Source: Podarcis gaigeae (taxonomy: Eukaryota). Taken from it: a stretch of 64,000 nucleotides of DNA. The notes below the pieces were generated by a model, which had not been told where the DNA came from, did not search any database, and was given only the letters and a program-made list of their open reading frames with translations. Numbering within the stretch: the first letter of the stretch is position 1; every line of letters starts with the position of its first letter. Made by a program: the position numbers and the translations under genes. This document shows, piece after piece, positions 26,433-37,000 of the stretch. The stretch lies in assembly GCA_964106915.2 (NCBI GenBank), contig OZ066920.1. The stretch is one strand, 5' to 3'.

Positions 26433-26963
26433 TTAATCAGGATTTAGTTGCACAGTCCAATCTGTAGCGGCTCTTTTCACTCTGGTGTGGTGGACCCAAG
26501 GGGTGATGCCGGCGACTTTCACGGCCGTGGGTGTGGAGAGCAGGACGGTATAAGGTCTCTTCCAGCACGGTTGTAGCGGCGTCCGTGCCCAATCTTTTAC
26601 CCACACTTCATCACCTGGCTCGAACTGATGCAGCCAACACACAGGGGTTGTGAGCTTGGGTCCACCTGTGGAAACAGGAGAGAACTTGGGAGAGTGACTG
26701 CACATAGTTATTCAATTGCATATCTTGGCTAGCATATGGAGTTAACATTCTAACATATGGGACTGGTCTCCCAAACACCTTAATGGGAGACTATGGACCC
26801 TGAGTAATGCCAGGGGTAACATTGTCACCCAATTAGACCCAGTTTCCTGTGTCAGCTTGGATAGCCGATTCTGGGGTCTGTATGCTGTATGCAACTTTCA
26901 GTAGATTTGTAATGCCTTAGCCAACTCCTGCAACACTGAGTGAACCAAGGCTGGTCCATTGTC
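26433..26963 (-). pseudogene. pol: ERV pol fragment: integrase core remnant and C-terminal (GPY/F) domain
   Basis: DNGPA...KLHTAYRPQ|NRLSKLTQETGSNWVTMLPLALLR...HQFEPGDEVWVKDW..PLQPCWKRPYTVLLSTPTAVKVAGITPWVHHTRVKRA. Confidence 0.92.
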
Positions 26964-26965
26964 GG

Positions 26966-27350
26966 CTTCTGCCCCTTTGCCAGGTTTAGGGCTCTGGTGA
27001 GCGCAATTAACTCTGCCAATTGTGCTGATGTTCCTGGTGGGAGTGGCTTTGCCTCCACTTCCTGATCTTCCAGGGCTACCACTGCGTAACCTGCCTTCCG
27101 GTGTCCAGCCTCAATAAAGCTGCTTCCATCCACAAACCATGACGGCCACTGGGGGTCTGCTTCATCTTTAAGGTCAGGCCTGCTAGAGTACACCTCATCC
27201 ATTACTTCAATGCAGTCATGCGTGTGCTCCTCACCTTCTCCTACCGGGTAGGAGCTGGGTTGAGGGCTGTGGTGACTTGGAATTTCAAACGCGGATGTAG
27301 TAGTAGCATCTGACATTTCCTCATTTTAGCCTGGGAGAGGAAATAGGTGC
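26966..27350 (-). pseudogene. pol: ERV pol fragment: connection domain + N-half of RNase H
   Basis: FLSQAKMRKCQMLLLHPRLKFQVTTALNPA / HDCIEVMDEVYSSRPDLKD...WFVDGSS...KAGYAVV...LPPGTSAQLAELIALTRAL. Confidence 0.93.
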
Positions 27351-28936
27351 CTTTCGGCAGATGGCACGCTGATTCTTTCCTAAGCGGCCTCGCCCTCCTC
27401 CCCGGGCGGTTTCTCCTAACGGTGGACCTCCCGTCTTCAGGGCCATAAACTTCTTTGCCTGGTACTTCTCCTTTTTCTTCTGGGCCTCTTCCTCCCTCTG
27501 ATTATAAGTGGTCTGGGCTAGTTCCAGCATCCATTCAAGGGTGTGGCCCATAAAACCATTGTGTTTTGTTTGTTTGTTTGTTTGTTTGTTTGTTTTTTAA
27601 TTTTCCTGCGGATATCGGGCGCTGCCTGGGCTACAAAGGCCACTTTGAGAATTGGGGCGTCGGCAGCCTCATCTGGGTCCACGGGGATGTACTGGCGGTA
27701 GGCTTCCTTCAGCCTCTCTAAGTAGGCTCCAGGGGCCTCCTCTGTCCTTTGCACTATTTCTCTGGCCTTCACAAAGTTGGTGAGTTTTCTGGCTGCCCTC
27801 CTCATGCCATTTAAGACATTCTGGCGATAAGTGGTGAGGGTATTTTGCCCTTCAGTGGTCTGATAATCCCAATTCGGTGTATTTTCAGGATATCCTGCTG
27901 CAACAGCTTGATCTCCTGCCCCCTGCGCTCTCATGTGTGCTCGGGCTTCAGCATGAATTCGCCTAGCCTCCTCTGTATTGCACATCATCAAAAGTGGGAT
28001 TGTAGGTTTTGAAAATTCCCTCAATCAGCTTAATGATTTTGGCAGGGTTTTCTTCAAATGAAAGGTTTTGGTTCCTCCAATTACAAACATCTGCACTAGA
28101 GAAGGGGGCATGTTGAACTGTATAAGTTCTATTGGGCACCACCCCGTTAGGTCCCGCGGGGGCCGGAGGGTCATACACTCTGCGGAGAGGCATCACTCTG
28201 GCCGCGCCCTTCTCCTGTGCTTTATGTGCCCTATGGAGGGTCACACTTTTCACTGCCTTCCCCACTCTTTCTGCCACTTTCTTCTCTGTTCCCCTATACA
28301 TCCTGCTGTTTTTAACAAATGGGGACTGACGTCCCCTTCTGCATAAGGTTCCACATACTTCCTCAAACGTTCTGCCTGTTCTTATTATCATCTGTCAACT
28401 TAACTAATCTTTTTTTACAAATTCCTCATCCTCACCATCCTCTTCTCTTTCCTCCCTTTCTTCATCTTTGTCCAGGTCTAACAATGCATTGTCCACGGGA
28501 TTGGGGGCTGGGCCATCTGCTCCCTGTGGCGGGAGTGGTGCCAGGGCTGTTGCCGGGGCATAAGGCGGTGGGGGCATTAAAACTTTATCTTCTTCCCTCT
28601 CTGAATCCTGGAAGACTGGGGGTTGTCCTCCTGTCTTCCTGACTGAGCAGATACGGCTGCCTGAGACTTCTTGGCAGCATGACTTCAGCCGGGGGGGGGG
28701 GTTCTTTTCCACATTGGTCTTCCATGTGGAAATGTAGGGGATTTGATCAGAATGGACATTCAAAATGTTCTGATATAATGGATTAATGAGTTGCAAATCA
28801 AGGGTCCCGGTGGACTGCCAATTTATTCTTTTGGGTGGGCCAATCTAATTCACACAATGTCCTCATCCTCCCCCTCGTCAGCTTGAATCCCCAAAAGCAT
28901 TCCAAAGGGGTGCTTTTTACTTTGGCCAGAACCCAT
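27351..28936 (-). pseudogene. gag: ERV gag, frameshifted, NC truncated
   Basis: ATG 28936 MGSGQSK (myristoylation); MA motifs RTLCELDWP, GTLDL, HSDQIPYISTW; PPPPY late domain 28560-28574; CA PFSSADVCNW and MHR QRTEEAPGAYLERLKEAYRQY, AFVAQAAPDIRRK; broken knuckle NQRAICRK. Split over several frames. Confidence 0.93.
27565..27592. repeat. (TTTG)n microsatellite inside ERV gag
   Basis: 7 units interrupting CA after APDIRRKIKK. Confidence 0.92.
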
Positions 28937-29213
28937 TTCTTCCAGATACTCCGCTCCTATTCACAATAAAAATTCTCTCACACACAACAGACCTGCCAGA
29001 AAATGCACAACCCTGCAATCGCCCAAGGGAAACGCTAAGCCCTGACCTTCACACACCAAAACAAACACTAGACAGTACAACAATAACTAAAACATCAACA
29101 AAATCCAACTATAAAAACATAACATAGTATCTGGTACACACACACACCACACAGAACACACCAAAAATCACAATATATGTATATATCCCTCCCTCTTCTG
29201 TTCCAAACTTTTT

Positions 29214-29303
29214 CTGGTGGCACTCTACTGCACAACCAGTCCCCTATTCCTGGTGGCACTCTACTGCACAACCAGTCCCTTATTCCTGGTGGCACTCTAC
29301 TGC
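29214..29303. repeat. 36-bp tandem repeat (2.5 copies) in ERV leader
   Basis: ctggtggcactctactgc(acaaccagtccc(c/t)tattc) starting at 29214, 29250, 29286. Confidence 0.95.
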
Positions 29304-29345
29304 CTGTGACACCCTGCCACAACCAGGGGAAGTTGATCAAGCCTC

Positions 29346-29380
29346 CTGCCCTTTCCGTCGGGCTGCCCTTTCCGTCGGGC
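29346..29380 (-). promoter_or_regulatory. Tandem GACG-loop hairpins (candidate packaging signal) directly after a splice donor
   Basis: Minus: AAG|GTAA GCCC-GACGGAAA-GGGC A GCCC-GACGGAAA-GGGC. Confidence 0.6.
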
Positions 29381-29577
29381 TTACCTTTTCCCGCTGCGGA
29401 CCTGTCCCCTCGGGGCCGTCCCCTTTTTCTCCCTCAACCAAGATGTCTCCACTCCAGGACAGTGTGGCTGGCTTCCCCCACTAATCTGGTGGGGTGTGCA
29501 CTGAAGCCTGCAAAACGCTGCTGAGCTGCTCACCTTGGTTGAGCCTGGCCCTCCGGTCCGTATTGGGGAGGAGGCTT

Positions 29578-29595
29578 ATCCCGGACGAGCCCCCA
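29578..29595 (-). promoter_or_regulatory. Primer-binding site, tRNA-Pro
   Basis: Minus strand TGGGGGCTCGTCCGGGAT, the canonical 18-nt MLV-type PBS-Pro. Confidence 0.97.
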
Positions 29596-29601
29596 AAGAA
29601 A

Positions 29602-30164
29602 TGAAGCCTTATTTACCTAGGGATCCATCAGCCTCGCCATCCCCGGACCTTGGAGGGAACAATAGTACCAGGAAAGCAGAATCTTCTTTGGAGAAAAAGA
29701 GTTTATTGCAATCTGTGCACAGAGACAACCAGCAGGATAGCTCCTGAAAAAAAACTGGCTGCAAAGCAATGTACTTCAGCAGACTCTCTTATACTTTTCT
29801 GAACATTCTCCCCCCTCCCATACTTTCTCCAAACTTCTCCAATCAGCTGGCAAATGTTCAACTTATTCCCTTATATGGCACATCTATATTGCTTGCTAAA
29901 CATTCCTCATACGTGTCTTTCTGCTAGCTAAACACTCCCCCCTCCCCTCTTTGCTTGTACGTGTCTCTTTGCTAAAGCAGGAAATGCAAGGCAGGAAATG
30001 GGCTCTCGACCTGCCAGACAGATTTAGCAAACAGCCACTGACCACAAATGCAGAAGTAAGCTTGACGAAAAATTCACTATGTGCCGATAATATTGCAAGT
30101 AAAATTCCTTCTTAGGTACAAGGTACAGAGAATATTTGTGAGTGACCCTTCCCATCTCCCTTCA
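29602..30164 (-). repeat. 5' LTR (563 bp)
   Basis: Begins TGAAGGG, ends GGCTTCA on minus; TATAA at 29789-29793, AATAAA at 29702-29707, CCAAT (opposite orientation) 29839-29843; 6 nt upstream of PBS. Confidence 0.92.
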
Positions 30165-30302
30165 TCCTAACGTATGTGGTTCCAACCCAGCATAGTTAGG
30201 TCCTGTTAAATCTCACTTTCATTCAAGCTGAGGGGTTTGAAAAGTCTAGAAGCAAAGGATACATTCTGTAAGCAGCCTTGACTGTGGCCTATATGCCTTT
30301 TA

Positions 30303-30530
30303 TCTTGCTGTTGTTTAGTCGTTTAGTTGTGTCTGACTCTTTGTGATCCCATGGACCAGAGCACGCCAGGCACTCCTGTCTTCCACTGCCTCCCGCAGTT
30401 TGGTCAAACTCATGTTAGTAGTTTCGAGAACACTGTCCAACCATCTCTTCCTCTGTTGTCCCCTTCTCCTTGTGCCCTCCATCTTTCCCAACATCAGGGT
30501 CTTTTCCAGGGAGTCTTCTCTTCTCATGAA
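30303..30530 (-). mobile_element. BovB (RTE) LINE 3' end
   Basis: RREDSLEKTLMLGKMEGTRRRGQQRKRWLDSV...WRALVHGITKSQTQLND* plus (AAC)-type tail. Confidence 0.9.
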
Positions 30531-30555
30531 GATCCTTTAATCTATCATATGACTC

Positions 30556-30580
30556 TGTGTGTGTGTGTGTGTGTGTGTGT
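30556..30580. repeat. (TG)n microsatellite
   Basis: direct reading. Confidence 0.95.
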
Positions 30581-31415
30581 AGACATTGCCTATCAAGCTC
30601 TTAGAAAGTGGCTTTTGGCAGCCTTTATGAAACACACACAACACCAGAGAGACGATGGAGGCAATCAAACTGCCTCACCTGCATGTGATTTTTAACAACA
30701 ACAAAAATTGTCTAGAATACATACATACATACATACATATACATAAATATACATATTTACGAAAGCAAATATACATATGTGTATATTTTAAGATGCTGCT
30801 GGCATGTTTCTCTCCCCATCCCCTCTAATCGTGATGAATGCCAACAGAAACTGAGCCCTAAGCAAGAAGTGATGTTACACTATGCTTGGATTGGATTGCA
30901 AGTGGATTGGATTCCAAGGATTGCAAAAGTACAGAAAAGTCATATGCACACCTAAGGGGCACCCCCTTCCCAAATACTGCACAGTAAGGACTGAGCATGC
31001 ACAGTAGCCAAGAAATGTTGAGTGGCAGCAGGAAAAGAAATACAAAACTGAGAACAGGGAATGGAACATCCCAATTCAACCTCATACGGTTTATAGCATC
31101 CTGGTGGAAAGCATGGCTGGTTGTCTAGAACCCCATTTCTGTTAGGTGTTGCTTGTCTCATTTGTTAAACTAATAATCCAAACAGTTCTCTCTTCTGTAC
31201 TGTCTCATTTTGCCATGTGGCCAGTGTTCCTTTCCTTTTGTAAAACGCTTCCCTCCAAGAGATGATGCCATAGCACCTAGCCACAGGGAGCATTCTAGCA
31301 GCTTTTCACAGCAACATTATCTAGTGTGGGGTCTGCCTGCTTCTATGGGCTTTGGGGGATCCCTTCTTAAACAGTGAGTTCTGTATTTTTCTGAAAGTAT
31401 CCAGACTGTACAGTA

Positions 31416-31637
31416 CAGTGGTACCTCGGGTTACATACGCTTCAGGTTACAGACTCCGCTAACCCAGAAATAGTGCTTCAGGTTAAGAACTTTGCTTCAG
31501 GATGAGAACAGAAATTGTGCTCCGGTGGTGCAGCAGCAGCAGGCCCCATTAGCTAAAGTGTGCTTCGGGTTAAGAACAGTTTCAGGTTAAGAACAGACCT
31601 CCGGAACGAATTAAGTACTTAACCCGAGGTACCACTG
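31416..31637. mobile_element. Tc1/mariner-type MITE (same TIR family as 8749-8981)
   Basis: Perfect 18-bp TIR CAGTGGTACCTCGGGTTA / TAACCCGAGGTACCACTG, TA TSD. Confidence 0.92.
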
Positions 31638-33942
31638 TACTATCAATTATGCCTTCACATAGTCTAGGACACTGGTTAATGTTACAGTGTTGCTGCTGCA
31701 TAGTGTGTGGATCTCTCTGGTGTTTAGAAACATGATTTAGATTATGGGAAGGCTCCATGAGAGAAAAAAATAGTGGGTCTTGGAGAAGTCAGAACTTAAA
31801 GTCCTCAGTACCCATTCCTGTCTCTAATAAGCAGTTTGCATTCCTGTATCTTGTGCTCTGACCCTTATCTGTTCTTTACTGGACTAAGAGTTCTGACATG
31901 GAGAAGGATGACTACATTATTTCAAACTGTCTGTCAAACTGTTCATGGGTCATTGTTTGCCGTCTTCTACCTCTCCCCTCTCAAAAAACTTGGTTTGGGG
32001 ACTTTTGCAGACGTGAAATCCTGAAAACCCACATTAAAGTTCTGTTGATTTAGTATCAAGAACCTTTATTGCTAAAAATGCGTGAGATTTACAATAAAGC
32101 AATGTGAGGAATAAATGGTTCCATTTATCGCATTTAAACCTTTAGTGCTTTTTTTACTTTTGCACATTGCTGAAAATAAAGCATTTTAGAAGCTGCTTAG
32201 TTCTTTTCGAATTGAAACATTTGAATATATGTATTTATATTTACCGTAGCCAAGTGCATTTAACTTTCTGTTTGTATATACACAAACCCATATAGACAAT
32301 TGTGCATACTTCAAATATGTCCCCCCCCCCTTTACTATATATTGAACAGCTTATTCTAGGAGCGTAGGCTTAAGTCTAATAATGACATTCCCTATGTGGA
32401 TGAAGAAATTGTGCTATGAACTATTAAAGAGATTAGTTTTTGTTTAGAAGTGGCAAATTTATTATTGCATCTTCTGATAGTGTTCTATCCTACTTGGTAG
32501 AGAACTAAACTGTTTTTTCTTGAAATACAGTTAATATCCACATCTCCCCCACCCCACCCCTTTGCCATCTTTTCATTCACCTCCACTGCCTCTCAGTTTA
32601 CTCTGGCAGAGGCCTAAGTAAAGTAAACCATGTGCTTTTGTGCTGTCATATTTGATTTGGACTATATTCTCACTGTTATTTGAAGCTAACATGAAATGCA
32701 GTGTCTGCATGACCCATTTTAGCAGCCCATTATCATAATTTCACTCTCATATGGCTACTGAGTTAATGTACTTACAAATGACAGAGAAAGCATGTTACAT
32801 GACCTTAAGGGTTTTCAAAAATTAAATGACGTAGTAGGTTATATTTCAAAGAATGGCTAAAGAGAACATTTTTAATTATTATTATTTTTTGCACCTTAAG
32901 GTGTCACTGGTTAGCATGGCAACGGTATTTATGTGTGTGTTAAATATGTGAACGTATAAGCTTTATCAGAATCTGCATTCCATAATTCACTCAAAGAAAT
33001 TTTGGAAGATTGATTTAAAAACGGTTTCAATGAGAGGTTGTTGTTGTTTTGTAATTGCCTAATGCTTTACATTTCTTCATGTAGGGTAGAGGTGGCTTTT
33101 TTTTTTGGTAATGTTTCACTTCATAGTTGTTACGGTGATATTCAGCTATGTTTTACTCAGAGTAGACACACATTCATTTAATTTCAGTAGATCCACTCTG
33201 AGTATAACTTTGCTGATTAAGGGCAGTATTCAACTAAGTTTGAAATTTGTTCATGCACAAAGTATAAAGCCCTGAAGAATTACTGAGACAAGATTTTGGA
33301 GGCTGTCATATAATGGATCCTATTATACGATGATGACTCTTCAGCAGCCTTGTATTGAGCAACTTTCTTGGCAGCCATAGATAACAAGGGATTTCATGCA
33401 GGCAAATATGCAGCCTGGCAAGAGGAGGTAGCAATCTCTCCTTCCCTCTTCCACCCATGTGCTAGGTCTCTCTGCTTTCTGGGGCTGGATGAAGGAACAC
33501 CTCCTTAGCTCTTTCACTTTCCACCAGTCCTCTTGCTAGAAGGATTTTTTTTTTTTTACTACCCCACTGAAAGGCTACTGTTCTACATTCCCATCATGGT
33601 TGTGAAGGAGAGAGCTTCCCTTCTTCTGCAGCCAGCATGAGAACGGCAGAACAAAGACTGCGGGCTAATAACTTTCATGGATTTATTTACAAGACTGCTC
33701 TTAAAGAGTCATTATTTCACAGTGAAAGTATGCATGTATTCATGTAGCATTTGGATATGCATCCTATTTTAAGCATACAGGATTAGCATTTTATCAGGAC
33801 ATAGAGGCCTACTTGGCTTTTCAGATGGAGAGTCCTTGCTGGGTTTTGGTGAAAGGCATCAGTTGTGAATTACTGAAGTGTTTGTCTATGCATGTGTATG
33901 TGCGCGCGCACACACCAACATATGGAATGAGCACTAAACTTG

Positions 33943-34058
33943 GGGTGGTTTCCAGCTAAGTTTTACTGAGAGCAGACCTACTGATGTTAAATGAACCTCA
34001 GGCATGTTCATTAATTTGACCAGGTCTGCTCTGAGTGAAACTTAGTTGGCTACCATCC
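33943..34058. mobile_element. Short fold-back MITE (related copies near 1245, 22590, 33140, 46345)
   Basis: ctaagttttactgagagcagacct ... aggtctgctctgagtgaaacttag long inverted arms. Confidence 0.65.
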
Positions 34059-37000
34059 ATGGAGTCTGGATACCTTTTCCCGATATTTACGTATTTAAGT
34101 CAGCAGTGGTATGTTTTTTGTACTCTTACACAGTAAAAATCTTCGTTCCTGTGGAACTAGCTACTCCAGAATTACTCCAGAGCAAGCAAATAGTTCATGG
34201 AGTACAACCTGAAGCTCCATGGATAAGCTCTGCCGCTTTCTTGTCACTGGTGCAGAACGATTTGATAAATTTACAAGTACCTTTATTATTAGTCATTGGC
34301 ACTGTGGCTAAGACTAGGGAAATATAGAAATGCAAGCATGTTTTCTGCCATCAGAAGCTGTAGCGTTTAGCTAAAATTAGAGGTTATATGTAAAAGTTTT
34401 AGGGGTGGAGTGGTGGAAGAAAATGCTGCAAGGACAGAATGAAAAAGATCCGCTTAAATTATGTTTCAACTATCCTGTATTCTAATTCTTACAGCAGGGT
34501 TGGGCTAACGTCATAATGTAACCTATTGTCTTACCACCTTCCAGCTTGATTCCTACTGTTGGATAAATGCTGGAGGAGATAAGTGCAATGAGTGGTGAAA
34601 ACCTTCTTGCACTCGCAGATGATTTATTTATTTCCTTCCACATTATCCTGCCTTTCCCCAAAAAAGATGCACCCAAGGTGGGATACATGTGGTTCCCAGG
34701 TTGTCATTAAAAAAACTCCAAATGCCAATAACCATAAAAGCACTGAGGCTGCAATTGTGAACCTCACTGAATTCAATGTAACTTATTTCTGAGTAGACGT
34801 GCAGTAGAATTGTATTGTCAGTTTCCGTCAAATAGTTCTGTGGAGGGTCGTCCTGCTGCTGCGAGCAGTTTTTCAGGGAGCACATGGAACCGCAGTAGGA
34901 ATCAGAGGCCCAAAGAGCTTCTGTACAAGGATGTACCTTCAGATCTTCGCCATATTCAGTTATGATATTCAAGGATTTTTCAAAGTACATATGATACTAA
35001 ATGCATCACATTCTTCTATGTGATTTTTTTTTAAGAGGTACAAATCTTCTAATGCAGAATATTGCAGCAGTAAGTTAAAAGATTGCACTGATTTAAGTTT
35101 ACCAAATTGCTTTCTTTGGCTGGTTAGCTTTGGTCTTGTTATTCTGCATTGTATTTAACAGTCATTAGAAGTGATGGTGGTTGCATACAGAACTGCCTCA
35201 AAGACCTTATCTATGTAGAAGGTTTACATGATGGGCACCATATTTAAAAGACTCTATCCTGCATGCCATTATTGCCAACCCATTTATGCTTTTATATACC
35301 CTTATATATGATGTATTACAGAGGCCAAACTGGCCTCAATGAGAAATCGGGCATTTAGTGTCACCAGTCCCATTCTGTAGAACACTCTTCCAGCAGAGAT
35401 TTAGCAGGCACCCTGTTATTATTTTCAGGCATCTTTTTGTAACTGTTTCCTTTTTTGATAAGTCAGTCATTTTAATGATCTTTAATTTTACAGTTTTTAT
35501 GGTGTTTTATATTTTATTGTATATATTGTTGTGCACTGCCGTGTTGTATGAACTGGTGGTATATAAAGACTTGTATAAATAACATATCAGTCTGCTGCAG
35601 CAAAAATGCCAGAGTCTTGTGGCACGTTAAAGACTTAATATATGTTATCGTGGCATGAGCTTTTGTAAACTAGAGCTGACTTTGTAAGATGCAGTTGGTA
35701 AAAGGGGTGTATGTTTGTGCATGTGTGCACAGAGGAAGCAGTTTGGCCAAAAGATCATGAATGCTGGTGGTATCAATGGACCTGAAGATAGGGACAGAGT
35801 GATCCATTCGCAGCAGCTGTCACTGTGTTGATGCTATGTGTGTAGCTCTACCACACTCATTTTACATTAGTAGTATGCAAAAAAAAACAAAACGCAACCC
35901 AGAGTCCTGATTAAGTCTGAATTGAATTGAATTGAATCCAATCTGCTGATCAAAGTCTAGCCATTTCCTGCTGTAGAAGGTTACGTATATGTTAGCAGGA
36001 CCTGGACACCAATTCAGTATCTGGCTGAACAAAGAACTGCCGATATGAACCAAAGATTTTCTGTCTTTTTGGAAATCTTGCTGTGGATGTTGTAGAGTTA
36101 CCTAGTGCTGGAAGTAACAGAAGTCATAGGAGGGAATGGGGAGTGTGATGTAGTACTGCAAAAATAGAATAAAACCAGTGTTCACAATGGATGTGGTTAC
36201 AAACTGAAGTGCAAAATATGGTTACCCTCTGTTTCATCTTTTCCAATATTTCTTGTTTTATTTTTTAAAGATCAGGTAGAGGGGGCACAGGGATCTACAA
36301 AATAAAAATTGATCAAATTGGAATACGTAGCATTTAGGGAGAGTGGGAATTGATGTTTCCAACATATTCTTTCACTTAGAGCACACAATTCATTCTGCAT
36401 GCTTATATTGACGCCCATTATGTTTAACTCCTTTTCCCTTGGTCCCTATACTTGGGTGAGAAGATTATATCAAGATTTGCAGGCATTCCATATTTGACGA
36501 TGGAAGGTTTTGTGATTTCATTTTAAATGCTGCATGGTATTATTCCTCCTAATTGGAATACATTGCACAAACTAAAAGACAAGAGTCGGCAGTGTGTCTT
36601 AATAAATTTGAGGGTAAGGTATGCAGTGTACCGTTTTCTTAAACCAATTTGCTCTGTACAGTGGTTCTCAGCATGTAGCTTTTATGAAACCTAACCCAGT
36701 AATGTACCAGATGTGGGTCTCTTGGAGATTAATATAGAAAAATGTAAGCCAGAATCCAAACATGGATAGTCCCTCACACCGAGCAGGGCTTAGGGTGTGT
36801 GCTTCCACAGATCCAAAGCCCTGGTCTCCAAACCAGTTCAAAATTCAAGGGGGGCCGACTTCAACACCTGGCGTCAACACCTGGTGACCTTGGGCACCTA
36901 GGATCCTAGCAAGTTGCACTTCTGCTGCTTGTCATGCCTCCCCTTTAAAAACATTTCCAGCCCCTTGCTGCAAGCTGTCTCAGGTGGTTAGGTAAGCCAT

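Larger units (their letters stand above)
25111..30164 (-). mobile_element. Defective class I (gammaretrovirus-like, ERV1) provirus, antisense in TSHZ1 intron
   Basis: TGAAG...CTTCA termini; 4-bp TSD TCCT (25107-25110 and 30165-30168); PBS-Pro; gag, RNase H, integrase and env remnants in order on the minus strand. Confidence 0.95.

Noticed and set aside
29214-29303. CRISPR-like 36-bp repeat
   Set aside because: Direct tandem units without unique spacers, eukaryotic ERV context
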